A stretch of 63,787 nucleotides of DNA, filler included, from Corallochytrium limacisporum Hawaii (taxonomy: Eukaryota > Protista > Pluriformea): NCBI GenBank assembly GCA_002811645.1. It is 4 parts of 4 records of this genome, joined end to end, with 100 filler letters (N's around TTAATTAATTAA, not from the genome) between each part and the next. Parts side by side here need not be neighbours in the genome. Positions count along the whole stretch, not along the records: positions 20,507 to 45,499 come from PDIP01000120.1; 3 more parts are not named here. One strand, 5' to 3'. The position numbers and the translations under genes were made by a program. The notes beneath the pieces are model-generated. The model was not told the DNA's origin. It ran no database searches and saw only the letters and a program-made list of their open reading frames with translations. Of this stretch, positions 20,731 through 32,245 are shown piece by piece (the stretch's first letter is position 1; every line of letters starts with the position of its first letter).

Positions 20731-21345
20731 ATGAGCTACCGCCCGGCGGGAGCCCGATCTGGGCAGGCCAAGCAAAGCCTTAGCTCAGGCATCCTCAATA
20801 TGCCCTTTATGCAACGTGGCGGTGCCGGGAAGCAGACCAGTACAGCCACCAGCGGGAAACATGCACCTGGGAAGTGGAAGTTCTCTGGGGTCGCTGCAAT
20901 AGGTGAAACAAGAGAGAAAAGTAGATCTAGTACAGACCAGTACAACAAGGCTACGGTGGTCGTCGTGCAGACGACCAGTGGGTACAGTGCCGTGGACGGT
21001 GACGCGAGCGCAGACCTTATTTCGGGAAGAGGATCGTTCAAGAACTTTAGGCCCGCTATTCAGCGACTTAATCAAGAATTGGTGAATGACCGCTATGGGT
21101 CATCAAAGCGAGAAAATTACGAAGCAGAACGGGAAATTTCTGACGCAAACATGGCTTCACAGCTCAATAAGCGGCCTACCGGAACCGATCACTCCTTTGA
21201 TGGACCCACCACGGCGGGCCAGAAGCGTAGCGAGCATGAAGAAGACATCATCGCTCTGGACGATGAGGGGAACGAAACCACGCCACCAAAAAAGAAGCGC
21301 AAGAAGGACAAGAACAAGCGAAAGAAGCGGTCGATTGTGCAGTGA
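20731..21345 (+). CDS. MPP6: M-phase phosphoprotein 6 (nuclear exosome cofactor)
   Basis: LSSGILNMPFMQR, GRGSFKNFRPAIQRL and EISDANMA match the three MPP6 blocks; basic NLS-like tail. Confidence 0.75.
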   Translation: MSYRPAGARSGQAKQSLSSGILNMPFMQRGGAGKQTSTATSGKHAPGKWKFSGVAAIGETREKSRSSTDQYNKATVVVVQTTSGYSAVDGDASADLISGRGSFKNFRPAIQRLNQELVNDRYGSSKRENYEAEREISDANMASQLNKRPTGTDHSFDGPTTAGQKRSEHEEDIIALDDEGNETTPPKKKRKKDKNKRKKRSIVQ

Positions 21346-21658
21346 CACCATTACACACGAAATTCCCAGGTTCACAACCGAAGGGCATATGCCAATATTT
21401 CCACATCCAGTTCAGACTTTGTACATTTAGGAAGATCAAAACTAAATTCGCATCCCAGTTGTTCAAACGATTCCTGCTGGATAACAAGATCGAGATTCCC
21501 TTTTTATTTTTGGAAGACATCGACCCTGTACCTCCGGGCCTCACTAAGATGCCATCAAGTGCTGGGTTTAAGGCAGAATCTTTTATGCACAACATGCTGA
21601 GGGTCTGTGACATTCTCTCTCATTTTCCTATACACTATTCTGGTATGTTACGAATGAT

Positions 21659-22111
21659 TTAATCACTTTCACGCTTAGATTCTTTAGACATGTCCAGAGG
21701 TACAAAGACTGTACGGAACAGCTGCAAGATTCCTTGCTGCCCTGTTTTCTGATACTCGTTTTGCATGATCAACTGGCACTGATGCTTCTCACTGGTTGTT
21801 TCGTCCATAATTTCAATTTCTAGAGCGTGAACATTGGCCAATGATATTTCTGGCACATGACTGTAAGCAGACGTGTCGATGCAGAACTTCCCTTTGCCGT
21901 TCTCAATCACTCTTCCGTTGACCAGAACTACGGGATCGATATCGCTCTCTCTGTTTGCGACATCTAGTTTCAGGACAATGCGCAAATTCAAAGGCGTTTG
22001 GCGAAGACATTCAAATTCTAACCAGAATGAATCGTCGGCAGGAACCCGTTCCCCGGGAGCCCGGAGCCCGGAACTATCTAACACCGTCACGTGACGCAAC
22101 AGAGTGGCCAT
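21659..22111 (-). CDS. Hypothetical protein, highly divergent ASF1-like beta-sandwich (start MATLLRHVTVLD)
   Basis: VTVLD...F.LEFECL...G.GKF...QNEY...QLFRTV is collinear with ASF1 VVVLD...FEITFEC...GRHMF...NNEY...KLQRNI; low identity. Confidence 0.45.
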   Translation of the reverse strand: MATLLRHVTVLDSSGLRAPGERVPADDSFWLEFECLRQTPLNLRIVLKLDVANRESDIDPVVLVNGRVIENGKGKFCIDTSAYSHVPEISLANVHALEIEIMDETTSEKHQCQLIMQNEYQKTGQQGILQLFRTVFVPLDMSKESKRESD

Positions 22112-23802
22112 TGGGATTCTAAGGTTTCTCTGCGTACTACTATACCATGCTAGTAGAGAATTTGTGCAAGCGATCAAGTGCTGACATCCATTTCAGTGTG
22201 TTCATTTTGTGCCGCGTCTTCAACCACAAATGATAACCATTGATTTGAACCGAGCTATCGTATAGATGCATACGGAAGATCCACACGATACTTCATGTAC
22301 CCGCACAAGCCAACTCCCACGCGCCGATCCAGAAATATTGATATTGAAAATTGATCAATATTAAATTCACTATATTCATTTTGGAATTCTTTTGTGGCAT
22401 AGTTTACTATTGAAGACTGGTTGCTCCCTAGCCACGCCGTTTTCGCCTGCAGCGAAGGCCCCCGCCTTCCAACTCCCTTCCCCGTCTCCCTTCTGCCACC
22501 AGCCAAGAAGTGTGGAGGGCAGCCCTCCTTCCGCCAAAGCAGATCACTATCGAAGGTCCATACATTCTCTATGGCTACCAACTGGGACGGGGGGGGGGAC
22601 CTTGGTTTTGAACCACTAGGGTGATAAGAGCCCCTCCGGGCCCCCCCGACCGGGGGGAGGGAGGAGGGAGGGGTGCGAGTCCGTTGGTCGTGTCCCTGGA
22701 TTCGGCTCTCTGTACCCGGGAGGCCTCCCACCCACCGCAGTTTATGGAAAAGCGGGCAAGAGATTTTTTGCACTGCCCTTCTTTCGAACGGAAGTGCAGC
22801 AATGTAAGAGCACACCACCGATCGGCTCTTTGTGAACGAGGTGTCAATTTCCCCACCGCCGCTGAATTCATGGCGTATTTCCAATCAAGCATATTTGTTA
22901 CTGACTTGGAGATCTGGTTCAAAGCGAATCAAGTCGGGTTGATCGAAAGTGGAAAACGAGCTCTGCTGATTGGTTGAAAATGGTACCAAGCCGTTCGGAT
23001 TCTTCAGGGTGGGTCATGGGGTGCTGGCACCGCACCAGCGAGGAAACCTTGAGACATTCCTGCGCTATCGTCAATAGCTGTAGGCCTTGCTGCTGACGAT
23101 GCAGGTATAGTACTCACTTTTCAGCCACAAACAGACAAAGAAACATTTGGGTAACATCATCAGTATCGTTGGCAGATGACCAATACAATGTAGCCGTTCG
23201 ATGTCCGTTACCACCGTAATCTCAATGCTGTATTGTGCGATTATTTCGGTTTGGCATGGATGGGCACTTCCCTGGGGAAACAAATGTGGTCACACGGAGA
23301 GGTGAATCATGGACGACTCAGCGTCCGAGACCAACTTCTTAATACGAAGTGTGCTGAATAACCGGTTCATGTTCAGGCTGTCTGAAGTACCTCGCGAGTC
23401 CGAGTGCGCACAAGTAACCCAAGAAAGTAGGAACGGATGGGGGTGGGGGGAAAGCTACCGAAGCAGAAAGTGGAGTGGGTGTCACCCTTAGCCTGAAATC
23501 GTCAAAGTGAACAAATATTCTTCGGCATAGGAACAAAAGAAGAACGTCCGCAAGATGAATGGACGCGGTTAGTCATCCTAGAGCTGGGTTCCTTAATACT
23601 TGTGACACAACCTGTGCGGTATTTCAAATCTACAGCGACTGCGGAACTATTCACTGCAGGATCATTCCTCTAAAGCGTGGGTATTATGTTGCATCTATGC
23701 AGCTTTAAATTGACAAATTCCGCAGGACGGATAAACCCTAAGCTTACTTTTGACCTAAAGAAACACAAGACATTAGAGAGTGTGAATCGGGCTTAATGAA
23801 CT

Positions 23803-25482
23803 ATGAATGAAATGCACGTTGTCGGTAGCACCGAGCCCTTGAATGGGACGCCGAGCATGACCTCAGTGCGTACCACTCCCGCACGCAACAATGAGGACAA
23901 AGGTAGTTTCTGGAAAGAGCAAACCACAGCATACCTAATCACTGAGGGACCCAAATTCTTTTTCTTGTTGTTGTGGTTTGCGGCCAATGTAGCCCTCTTT
24001 TTTACCACATACGACTTGTACAAAGCAAACTTCGCGTATCGTCTCACCTTCAGTGTCCTAGGAGATTCTCTGCCGGTGGCTCGTGGCGCAGCTAAGGTGT
24101 TGGTGTTCAACAGCGCTATGATTCTGTTTCCGGTGTGCAGGAACATTCTTAGTATGGCCCGCCAACGCATCAAGTGGCGGTCCATCCGTACCCTGCTGGA
24201 TTTCAACCTGACTTTCCATATGCTCAGTGCATGGACTATTGTCATCTTCTCAATTGTCCATACTGTAGCTCATTTTGTAAATCTCCGGCGCATCGAGACC
24301 AACATGAATGAGCAGGTTGGCCAGGTTGTTGACGCTGGCTTTGATGAAAACCGTTACGAGATATTCTACACGAGCATTCCGACCTTAACTGGAGTTGTAC
24401 TTGTCATTGTCATCTGGCTCATGGCTACCAGTTCCGTGGAGACTATCCGCCGCACCTACTTCGAGGTCTTTTGGTACACGCATCATCTCTTCGTGCTCTG
24501 GTACATTGGCATTTCTGTTCACGGTATCCAAGGCTTCATTCGCAAGTTCCAAAATGGAGAGCTAGTGAACGGTGAACCGACCGCCTGGGTATGGATCATC
24601 GGGCCCCTCGGCCTATACGTCTGCGAGCGTATTCTGCGTTTCTACCGGTCCAACCTGAGGGTGGAAATTGTCAAGGTCGTGCAGCACCCGAGTCGTGTCC
24701 TGGAGATTCAAATGCGCCGCAACAGATTTACAACCGAACCCGGTCAGTACATCTTCTTGAACTGCCCCGCTATCTCTCAGTATGAGTGGCATCCCTTCAC
24801 TCTTACGTCCTGCCCAGAAGAGGACTTCTTCAGTGTGCACATTCGCGTGGCTGGTGACTGGACTGAGGCAATCTACAAGCTCTTTACCGAGAACCAGAAC
24901 CCAGAGAATGTCCCTCGCCTCCGTGTGGATGGTCCGTTTGGTACAGCCTCTGATGACGTCTTCAAATACCGCACCAGTGTTCTGGTCGGTGCGGGCATTG
25001 GTGTCACTCCCTTTGCTTCGATCCTCAAGTCCATGTTCTTCCAGCGTCTTGACCCGGAGAACAAAACCATCCGAACGGAACGAGTCTACTTTTACTGGCT
25101 GTGTCGGGAGAAAGATGCCTTTGAGTGGTTCGGTGATCTGTTGGATGCCCTGGAAGAGCAAGCGGCTGAGTGTGAAATGCCCAATTTTATTATCTATCGA
25201 ATCTTCTTGACCGGTAAACTGAATCATGATGAGGTTCAGAACATCATGTTGCGCGAGGATAAGTCATATGATGCCATTACTGGTTTGCGGCAGAAGACCT
25301 GGTTCGGTCGTCCTGATTGGGACCGTGAGTTCCAGAGTCTCAAGAAGAATCACACAGGTAAAGTTGGTGTCTTCCTGTGTGGTCCTCCCATTCTGGCTCA
25401 AACACTGGACCAGAAGGCCATCAAGTACACTGACACGAGTGTGGGTGGCACGCGTTTCTTCTTCTCAAAAGAGAATTTCTAA
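23803..25482 (+). CDS. NADPH oxidase catalytic subunit, gp91phox/NOX2-NoxA type (no EF hands)
   Basis: ARGAA, heme His pairs FHMLSAWTIVIFSIVH and HHLFVLWYIGISVHG, PGQY, EWHPFTLTS, VDGPFG, GAGIGVTPFASILKS, FYWLCR, GRPDW, VFLCGP, KENF. Confidence 0.95.
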   Translation: MNEMHVVGSTEPLNGTPSMTSVRTTPARNNEDKGSFWKEQTTAYLITEGPKFFFLLLWFAANVALFFTTYDLYKANFAYRLTFSVLGDSLPVARGAAKVLVFNSAMILFPVCRNILSMARQRIKWRSIRTLLDFNLTFHMLSAWTIVIFSIVHTVAHFVNLRRIETNMNEQVGQVVDAGFDENRYEIFYTSIPTLTGVVLVIVIWLMATSSVETIRRTYFEVFWYTHHLFVLWYIGISVHGIQGFIRKFQNGELVNGEPTAWVWIIGPLGLYVCERILRFYRSNLRVEIVKVVQHPSRVLEIQMRRNRFTTEPGQYIFLNCPAISQYEWHPFTLTSCPEEDFFSVHIRVAGDWTEAIYKLFTENQNPENVPRLRVDGPFGTASDDVFKYRTSVLVGAGIGVTPFASILKSMFFQRLDPENKTIRTERVYFYWLCREKDAFEWFGDLLDALEEQAAECEMPNFIIYRIFLTGKLNHDEVQNIMLREDKSYDAITGLRQKTWFGRPDWDREFQSLKKNHTGKVGVFLCGPPILAQTLDQKAIKYTDTSVGGTRFFFSKENF

Positions 25483-25663
25483 TTGCACTTCGATTGTCTT
25501 TAGAACTTTTACCGTCTTTAACCTCATGCATACTACCTTGACCACCATAACATTAAAGAACTCTTAGCCTCTACATTTGAGCAATGGGACATAATTTTCG
25601 TTATATAGTGTAATGTCTGTGTTTTTTTGTTATGATGGATTGGCGAGTATGTGAGACGTTTGA

Positions 25664-28600
25664 TTAGAAGATACCATTATCAATTTGCTGCAGAGCACCG
25701 CGGCGTCGGCGTCGGCTTGTGCGCTTGGGAGCTGCTTCCTCCTCGTCCTCAATAGCACTTGCGGCAGTCTTAGGAGTAGCGGTCTCGCTCAGATGTTCAG
25801 ATCGAGTGTCGTCTTCAATGTCGTCCTCGCCATCGCTCTCCTCAACAACAGCGCGGGAACGACGAGAGCGGCGAGACGGCGCCAGTTTTGCGGGCTTGTT
25901 CTTTTCGCTCTCCACAGCACGGCGTGATGAACGACGGGTGCGGACCTCGGACGCAGTCTCGGCCTCATTCTCTGTCGCTGTGTTGGTCTCTTCTGTGTTC
26001 ATAGCAGACGCCTCTTCCTCTGTGTTTTCCTTATCAGCATCAGTCGGAGATCCATCGCTAGCCATGCCCTCGACTTGCTCAACGTTCTTGCGGTCGACAT
26101 ACAAATTCAGCTTGGTCTGCAGTTCATCTATAGCCAGTTTGAATTCGGGTCGACCACGAGTGCCACCAACGCGAATTTGCGCCAGCGAAGTCCTGATAAT
26201 CTTGTCAAAATATGCCAGACCAACAGACAGGTGCAAAATGTCCTTGTAGCAGTCGAAGTACTCCACAAGCTTTTTCAAGGCCTTCTCATTGTAGGTCAGC
26301 TGGCTGAGACAGTAGGCCATGGCAACATGGTGGCGGGTGACATTGGTGGTGCGGAATCTCTGGCACATCTTCTCAACGAGCGCCTCACTTTGGCGCTCGC
26401 GCTTGATGAATTCAAACAAGTAACCCATGACGGTGAAAAAACGTTCACTGACAGCATGTTCGTGAAGGCCTTCGCCAGTATCGAATCCTCGCTCAAAGAG
26501 GCTAGAGATTATGTCCGGCAGGATGTTGTAGATCTCATTAGCTGCCTGTTGAGATTTCGAGAAGAAGAACATCTTAGCCATTTGCGAAATGCGACTGTCC
26601 TTGTCGACAATGCACATTGCCAGCAGGCCCATTTGTCCCTTACCCTTGATCATGCCATTTAGAATCAGATGAGTCAGAACCATGATAGAATTGTGGCGGA
26701 CACGCACATCAGGGTCCTCCAGGCGCTTGAAAATGATGGTATTGTATGGTTCGATCACATTCGGGAAGCGCAAGTTCAGATCTCCAAGACCAAGAACAAC
26801 GTTGGCCCTGACCAAGGGAGAAGGGTCACGGTCAAGCAGAGTGAATACCAAACGGAGATGTTCTTCACAGTAAACCGACGAGACGCTCATAAACTTGATA
26901 AGAGCACTCACTGCAGCGGCTCGCAGCATTTCATCTGGGAAGGCACTGCTCTGCGAGCAGATAGTGACCAAGAGCCGACCAAAAGGTCCAAGCATAGCTC
27001 CAGAGGCTCGATCGCCAACGATTTCGCGTTCACACACACTGAGTATGTACTCAGCCTCAGCGTCATCCACAGCTGCAACATTCAATCCCATTTCCTCCTC
27101 GATAGTGCTGCGACCCTTCTTTGTCTTCACTTCCTTCTTCTGCTTGGAAGCCTTTTCAGCGTTAAGTTTCTTCATCTGAGCCTCAACCCGTTCCATGTGA
27201 ATTATCTGTTGCAGAGCCACATGTCCAATTAGAGCGCAGAAAACTGTTAGAGCGGCAGAGTCGAGGTGACCATCCTCAGGGGCAAAAATGATCTCAGTGA
27301 TAGCAAACAGAAGCTTTTCAACGACGACATCCGGTTGGTCCGCCAAGACATAGAGCATGTTGATCACCTGCTCAGCCATGGGGTACCAGTCTAGCTTGAA
27401 TCCAGCACTGTACTCTCTGAGCCGGAGATGGGCCAGCAATATTTCCTGGCAGCCCTCGAAGAGATCATTGGTCGGAGACAGACGCCGCATTTCCTCCAAA
27501 ACTTCCTTGTTCTCAATCTCTTCACCAGTCATGGTCAGTTTGTTTAACAAAGGCTCTATGAAGGCCGGTGACATCTTCGCCAAGAGCTGGCTGGTTGCCT
27601 TGACAAGTTTGAGATCAGGTAGACCCTGCTTTGCCTGTCCTGTGATACCAACTTCAACCAACTCATTGTAGTTTGCAGCAGCAATGGTAGGCTTGGCATT
27701 TGCCATCATGCTCAGCAAGGTGACCGCGCCAATTTGGTGCTGTCCAGTAGTGGATGGCACGCGTCCAGCAAATACTTCCCACAATGCCATTTCCACACCA
27801 GTTCCCAGGAACTTCTGTTTGCTAAGGGTCCCAATGAGCTCTTCCAAAGAAGCTAGCTCTCCACTGTTGCACCCCTCTGTAAGCTGAATCAAGGAGGCAA
27901 CAACTGTCATGATCACACCCTTGGGTACGGGTCCAGCATCTTCTCCCCGGACTAGCGCACGGAGGTACACGTTCTTGTAACAATCAACAACTGCCTCCCG
28001 GATGCCACTCTCTTTCGACCAGATGAGCCCAAGCATGGTCTTGATGCCTCTGTCAGCGGCAGAGATGCCTACGTGGCGCAATAGTACCAGTACTTTCATT
28101 GCCTCCAGGACATCAGAGCTGGTCTTTGAATTCAGAAGCTTGCAGAGAATTTCAGCACTTTCTGTGATCCGGATCGCAAATTTCTCACAGTCAGCAAGAT
28201 ATTGAGCTTTGAATCGCATCTGGAGGATTTCCTCTGGGTTGTATGATTCCTTACTCTCAGTTCCTTCTCCGCTTTGTAGTTGTATTTGTGACAACTTGTC
28301 TCGTAGAGCGTCTTCATCAGCAGGCTCCTTGTCCTCCGCGTCATCATCAGCAGAGAAGATTTCAGTGCCGATAGTGGCCTCCATCTTCTTGTACAGAGAT
28401 TGTGCCTCATCCTTCTCTTTAGTAATCTGCGGCAGGTCGAAGAAGTCACGGAAAGGATTGTTGCGAACAAGTTCACACAAGCACTGCATGGCGTACTTCC
28501 GTACATGTCCACTCGTGTCTTGAAATCGGTTTAGAACACGAGCAACAAGCTTTTTAAAATGGGGAATGGGGATCGCACGCTTCTGTGCGAGATTCATCCA

Positions 28601-29860
28601 CACTTGCAGAACGAAGGCACGAACGTAGTTGTTCCGATCGTAAATGCGTGCATACAAAATATCAAGGAAGTTGTCCCGGTTTTGTTTCGCGCCTTCATCG
28701 TTTTCGCCATGATCGTGAATTAAAACTTTGGAAATGACATGGCCAAGGATGCCCAGCACGGCCTCGCGCATGTAGTGATTGGGTCCGTCCAAATGAGGCA
28801 ACAGATGGACGATAGCGTGACGTGTGGTCTCTGGCACAGCCTCGGCAACAGATACCAAGAACGTACGCATAGACTTACCAGCTTCACTATCCTGATGAAC
28901 CTCCAGGCCGTCCATCTTGCCCACCTTTGCCAGAATTTCTGTGACAGCCTCGGGATAGTTGTACAACTTTACCATGTTGCTCATGAGTTCGGCGAAGATC
29001 GGAGCCAAGTGCTCCTGACGAAGCATGGTGCTTGTAACTATGACACCAACGTGGAAAGTGTACCCGTAGTCACGAATGAGGACGCCCAGAATCTCGAGAC
29101 ATTTGGCTTTCTGGTTCTGTCCGGTGCTTGACATGGATCTGATGTTCTCTTTGCGCTCAAGGATACGGAAGACGGCCTTACCGATGCAGTTTGAAAACTC
29201 GTCCCCTACACCCCCCGCTCCAAACAAGCGACGCAGCGGCAAGGTTAACAGTGCATGAGTGACAGTCGAAAGCAGTAAGCGCCTCTCGGCCCAAACTTCC
29301 TCAGCCACTGCATCTTCACCTTCTATGGCCATGGCTGCTACTCTGCGGGATCGAGCCGCCTTGCCACCCTTTCCCTTGGCATCAGTTGTAGAAACCACAG
29401 TGGTCCGTCCAGCACTATCTCGTTGAGACAGAATGGCTTCGAGAGAGCTGAATAACCAGCTACCCAAGAAAACGTACATAGATGTGCACACAGATAGTTC
29501 TGTCTTTTCTTCTCCGGAAAGATGATCCTGGGAAGCATCTTCGTTTGCTGCGAAGATCCTCTCAATTTTTACCCTGTGATTTTCCATTCCCGTGGAAACA
29601 AGATTCCAGACCTTTAACTGTGTAGGTCCTGGAAGCTTCTGGAATTGCTCACACATTGAATACAGTTGATCAAAGGCAACACTGTCGAAGATGAACGAGG
29701 GTTCGCTCGCATTGGCAACCATCTGATCGATAACCCTGTCTGCATCTTGAACATCCACTGCATTCACAGGATCCATCATGTATGCATCCTCCTCCGGCTC
29801 AGTGTCAGCCGAAGGCAGCAGATCGGTCCACGTCAGTGGGATCCTGAAGTTTTGCGTCAT
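25664..29860 (-). CDS. NCAPD2: Condensin I HEAT subunit CAP-D2/Cnd1/Ycs4 (start re-assigned to MTQNFRIP)
   Basis: HEAT repeats; MLGLIWSKE; VRANVVLGLGDL..RFPNVIEP; VLTHLILNGMIKGKGQ; IYNILPDIIS; LVEKMCQRF. Confidence 0.93.
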   Translation of the reverse strand: MTQNFRIPLTWTDLLPSADTEPEEDAYMMDPVNAVDVQDADRVIDQMVANASEPSFIFDSVAFDQLYSMCEQFQKLPGPTQLKVWNLVSTGMENHRVKIERIFAANEDASQDHLSGEEKTELSVCTSMYVFLGSWLFSSLEAILSQRDSAGRTTVVSTTDAKGKGGKAARSRRVAAMAIEGEDAVAEEVWAERRLLLSTVTHALLTLPLRRLFGAGGVGDEFSNCIGKAVFRILERKENIRSMSSTGQNQKAKCLEILGVLIRDYGYTFHVGVIVTSTMLRQEHLAPIFAELMSNMVKLYNYPEAVTEILAKVGKMDGLEVHQDSEAGKSMRTFLVSVAEAVPETTRHAIVHLLPHLDGPNHYMREAVLGILGHVISKVLIHDHGENDEGAKQNRDNFLDILYARIYDRNNYVRAFVLQVWMNLAQKRAIPIPHFKKLVARVLNRFQDTSGHVRKYAMQCLCELVRNNPFRDFFDLPQITKEKDEAQSLYKKMEATIGTEIFSADDDAEDKEPADEDALRDKLSQIQLQSGEGTESKESYNPEEILQMRFKAQYLADCEKFAIRITESAEILCKLLNSKTSSDVLEAMKVLVLLRHVGISAADRGIKTMLGLIWSKESGIREAVVDCYKNVYLRALVRGEDAGPVPKGVIMTVVASLIQLTEGCNSGELASLEELIGTLSKQKFLGTGVEMALWEVFAGRVPSTTGQHQIGAVTLLSMMANAKPTIAAANYNELVEVGITGQAKQGLPDLKLVKATSQLLAKMSPAFIEPLLNKLTMTGEEIENKEVLEEMRRLSPTNDLFEGCQEILLAHLRLREYSAGFKLDWYPMAEQVINMLYVLADQPDVVVEKLLFAITEIIFAPEDGHLDSAALTVFCALIGHVALQQIIHMERVEAQMKKLNAEKASKQKKEVKTKKGRSTIEEEMGLNVAAVDDAEAEYILSVCEREIVGDRASGAMLGPFGRLLVTICSQSSAFPDEMLRAAAVSALIKFMSVSSVYCEEHLRLVFTLLDRDPSPLVRANVVLGLGDLNLRFPNVIEPYNTIIFKRLEDPDVRVRHNSIMVLTHLILNGMIKGKGQMGLLAMCIVDKDSRISQMAKMFFFSKSQQAANEIYNILPDIISSLFERGFDTGEGLHEHAVSERFFTVMGYLFEFIKRERQSEALVEKMCQRFRTTNVTRHHVAMAYCLSQLTYNEKALKKLVEYFDCYKDILHLSVGLAYFDKIIRTSLAQIRVGGTRGRPEFKLAIDELQTKLNLYVDRKNVEQVEGMASDGSPTDADKENTEEEASAMNTEETNTATENEAETASEVRTRRSSRRAVESEKNKPAKLAPSRRSRRSRAVVEESDGEDDIEDDTRSEHLSETATPKTAASAIEDEEEAAPKRTSRRRRRGALQQIDNGIF

Positions 29861-30658
29861 GGTTGCGGGAATATGATCTACCCCTTTGTCCGCTAACCTA
29901 ATGTCGCAAAGGCCCTGGAAATCGAGATTTAGTTTCTTGCTCGTGAACAATTGTCGCTTAAATACATCGACGTTCCAAGTACCCGCCGCTCTACACCGCT
30001 GCAGTCGTCCAATTGAATTCAATTTCTGACCCGGTCCTTAAATGTGGTCGTCGGTCTTCCCTGCCTTGGGTATTCCTCCAGCGGTGAGACTTCGTCCCTT
30101 CGCGGACTGGCTCTCCGGTTCCTCCGCCTCCGGCTTCGAGCCGCCCCAATACTGCAGGCGTTTTGGTACTGAACCACTCCGATAGATTTTGGCGGGAAAA
30201 ATTTTAACCCGACCGTCGAGTACACTGAATAGGCAGGAGGGGAACACGGATGCTTGGGAGCCAAACGTTTTGCGCTACTCGTCCCCACCTCTTTCTGTTC
30301 CCGCCCCGCCGGCGAATCAAAGACTACTTCTATTGACATTTCAATACAGATGGCGATTGCAACGAATCAATATCAAGATCAGAGTTTTGTATACTTCTCA
30401 TTTCCGTGCGGGGTAGGGTAGGGAGAGAATCAATATTGTCGGCCCGGGACGACCCGTGACGATTTCTCGGAGCCATTGGTGAGTTTCCAAGGCGTGCCTG
30501 TGGTTGGTGTCGACAGGCTGGGCACGAGCAGGTACTTAGCGACTTCCATTGGTCGTAGTTCCAGCACAGGCTTTCGCTAGGTTGAATTGACCATGTAAGG
30601 GCCTCAGTCGTGTAGAAAAATGACGTAGAAGCTCGTCAGTTCGCAGCCATACGTGCAC

Positions 30659-32209
30659 ATGCTGATGTTGCGGTCAATTCGCGGGCCTGCACTCCGGGCT
30701 CTTCAAACCCGGTTACGAGGATTCAAACCAGCTCATTGCTCACTTGGCTTACACGATCGGAAATGTCTGTATAGTCAAGATGCCAATCGGGATCCGCTGA
30801 ACACATATCTCCATCGTGTCAACGCAGGTCATCTAATAAAGGACGATCAACAGGTCGTGGTCTTGGCCTATCTTCTCGGGCTTCACAATGCTCTGCATAA
30901 AAACTTTGTGGCACAGCCAGATCTGCTAGTCCCTCCTCCTCCACCCGACCAATCTGAGGCAGGTGAAGCTGATGGTACCGTCGCAGAAAAGTCAGAAATA
31001 ACATCCAAACCCCAACCCATTGACTTCACAATATTGAGACCAGAGGGAGTGCCCAAGTCTTTCTATCTCCACGGGGAGGTCGGCTGCGGAAAGACAATGA
31101 TCATGGACGTCTTCTATGACACTTTGCAGACCAGGAAGAAGCGGCGGGACCATTTCTATGCTTTCATGCAGGACGTCTACGGGTATATCCACAAATGGAA
31201 CACGCAGATCAATGATTCTGATAAAGTGAAGTGGAACAAAGATCCTTTGCTTAAGTATGCTGCAGACATCGCATCGGAGGCTGCGGTTATTTGTTTTGAT
31301 GAATTTCAGGTGACGGACGTTGCATCCGCAGTCATTGTCAACAGACTCTTCACCAATCTGATCCGAGCGGGTGTCGTTTTCGTTGTGACGTCCAACCGAC
31401 ATCCGGATAAACTATTTCAGGGTGGCTTAAACAGAGAAAAAAACATCGTCCCTTTCATCGCGACTATCAAGGCCAATTTTGACGTCAAACAAATGACAGG
31501 CTCTACAGACTACAGATCGGTCATGTTACTCTGGGAGAAGGCTCAGCCAGTGCACAATGGCGGAAAAGCAGACGAGGAAATGCATTTAGGCCGCTACTTG
31601 ACTCCCAACGACCAAACGACACATAATGTCCTCGAAGAAATCTGGACTAGAGTCACCAATGGAAAGGATCCAAAACCACGGACCATCGAACGTAAGGGAA
31701 ACCGTCCGATTACTTTGGAGCGCTTTGCGTCTGGCACAACTCTATTCACATTTGAAGAATTGTGTGGCTCTGGGCGGAATCCAATGGGCCCAGGAGATTT
31801 CCTGAACATAGCACGCCATTGCCATTCTGTTTTCATTAAGGATATTCCCATCTTGACTTTCAAGATGAAGAACCAGGCCCGAAGGCTCATCACTCTTATT
31901 GATGCACTCTATGAGTACAATTGTCACCTGTACTGCACAGCAGAAGCGGAACCTGAAAAGCTCTTTGCTCCGGTCATCAGTGCTCGTGATGTTGACGACC
32001 TCGATGACGATGAAGATAAACAGCTGCATCTGGAAATGATGGTAGAGATTCAGCGAGAATTGAAGGTCGATGTGGATGTAAAGTCGCTCTCGATCTTCAC
32101 TGGTGAAGATGAGATCTTTGCGTTCCGCAGGTGTGCCAGTCGCTTGAATGAGATGCAAACTAATGCCTATCGGGATAGGCCACACAGAGGCCAGGCGCTC
32201 AATGTGTAG
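30659..32209 (+). CDS. AFG1: Mitochondrial AFG1/LACE1 (ZapE-family) ATPase
   Basis: Presequence-like N-terminus; YLHGEVGCGKTMIMD, CFDEFQVTDVA, TSNRHPDKL, DYR, NQARRLITLIDALYE, FAFRRCASRLNEMQ. Confidence 0.93.
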   Translation: MLMLRSIRGPALRALQTRLRGFKPAHCSLGLHDRKCLYSQDANRDPLNTYLHRVNAGHLIKDDQQVVVLAYLLGLHNALHKNFVAQPDLLVPPPPPDQSEAGEADGTVAEKSEITSKPQPIDFTILRPEGVPKSFYLHGEVGCGKTMIMDVFYDTLQTRKKRRDHFYAFMQDVYGYIHKWNTQINDSDKVKWNKDPLLKYAADIASEAAVICFDEFQVTDVASAVIVNRLFTNLIRAGVVFVVTSNRHPDKLFQGGLNREKNIVPFIATIKANFDVKQMTGSTDYRSVMLLWEKAQPVHNGGKADEEMHLGRYLTPNDQTTHNVLEEIWTRVTNGKDPKPRTIERKGNRPITLERFASGTTLFTFEELCGSGRNPMGPGDFLNIARHCHSVFIKDIPILTFKMKNQARRLITLIDALYEYNCHLYCTAEAEPEKLFAPVISARDVDDLDDDEDKQLHLEMMVEIQRELKVDVDVKSLSIFTGEDEIFAFRRCASRLNEMQTNAYRDRPHRGQALNV

Positions 32210-32245
32210 CCAAATTCGTATGTAGTGCATGTTCAATATACTTCT

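Noticed and set aside
29861-30022. Long N-terminal extensions in the ORF track (condensin, PGLS, Rho, A2, B1, K1, K2)
   Set aside because: They mostly begin at non-ATG codons, precede the homologous or signal-peptide start, and in several cases overlap the GTATTTAA box.
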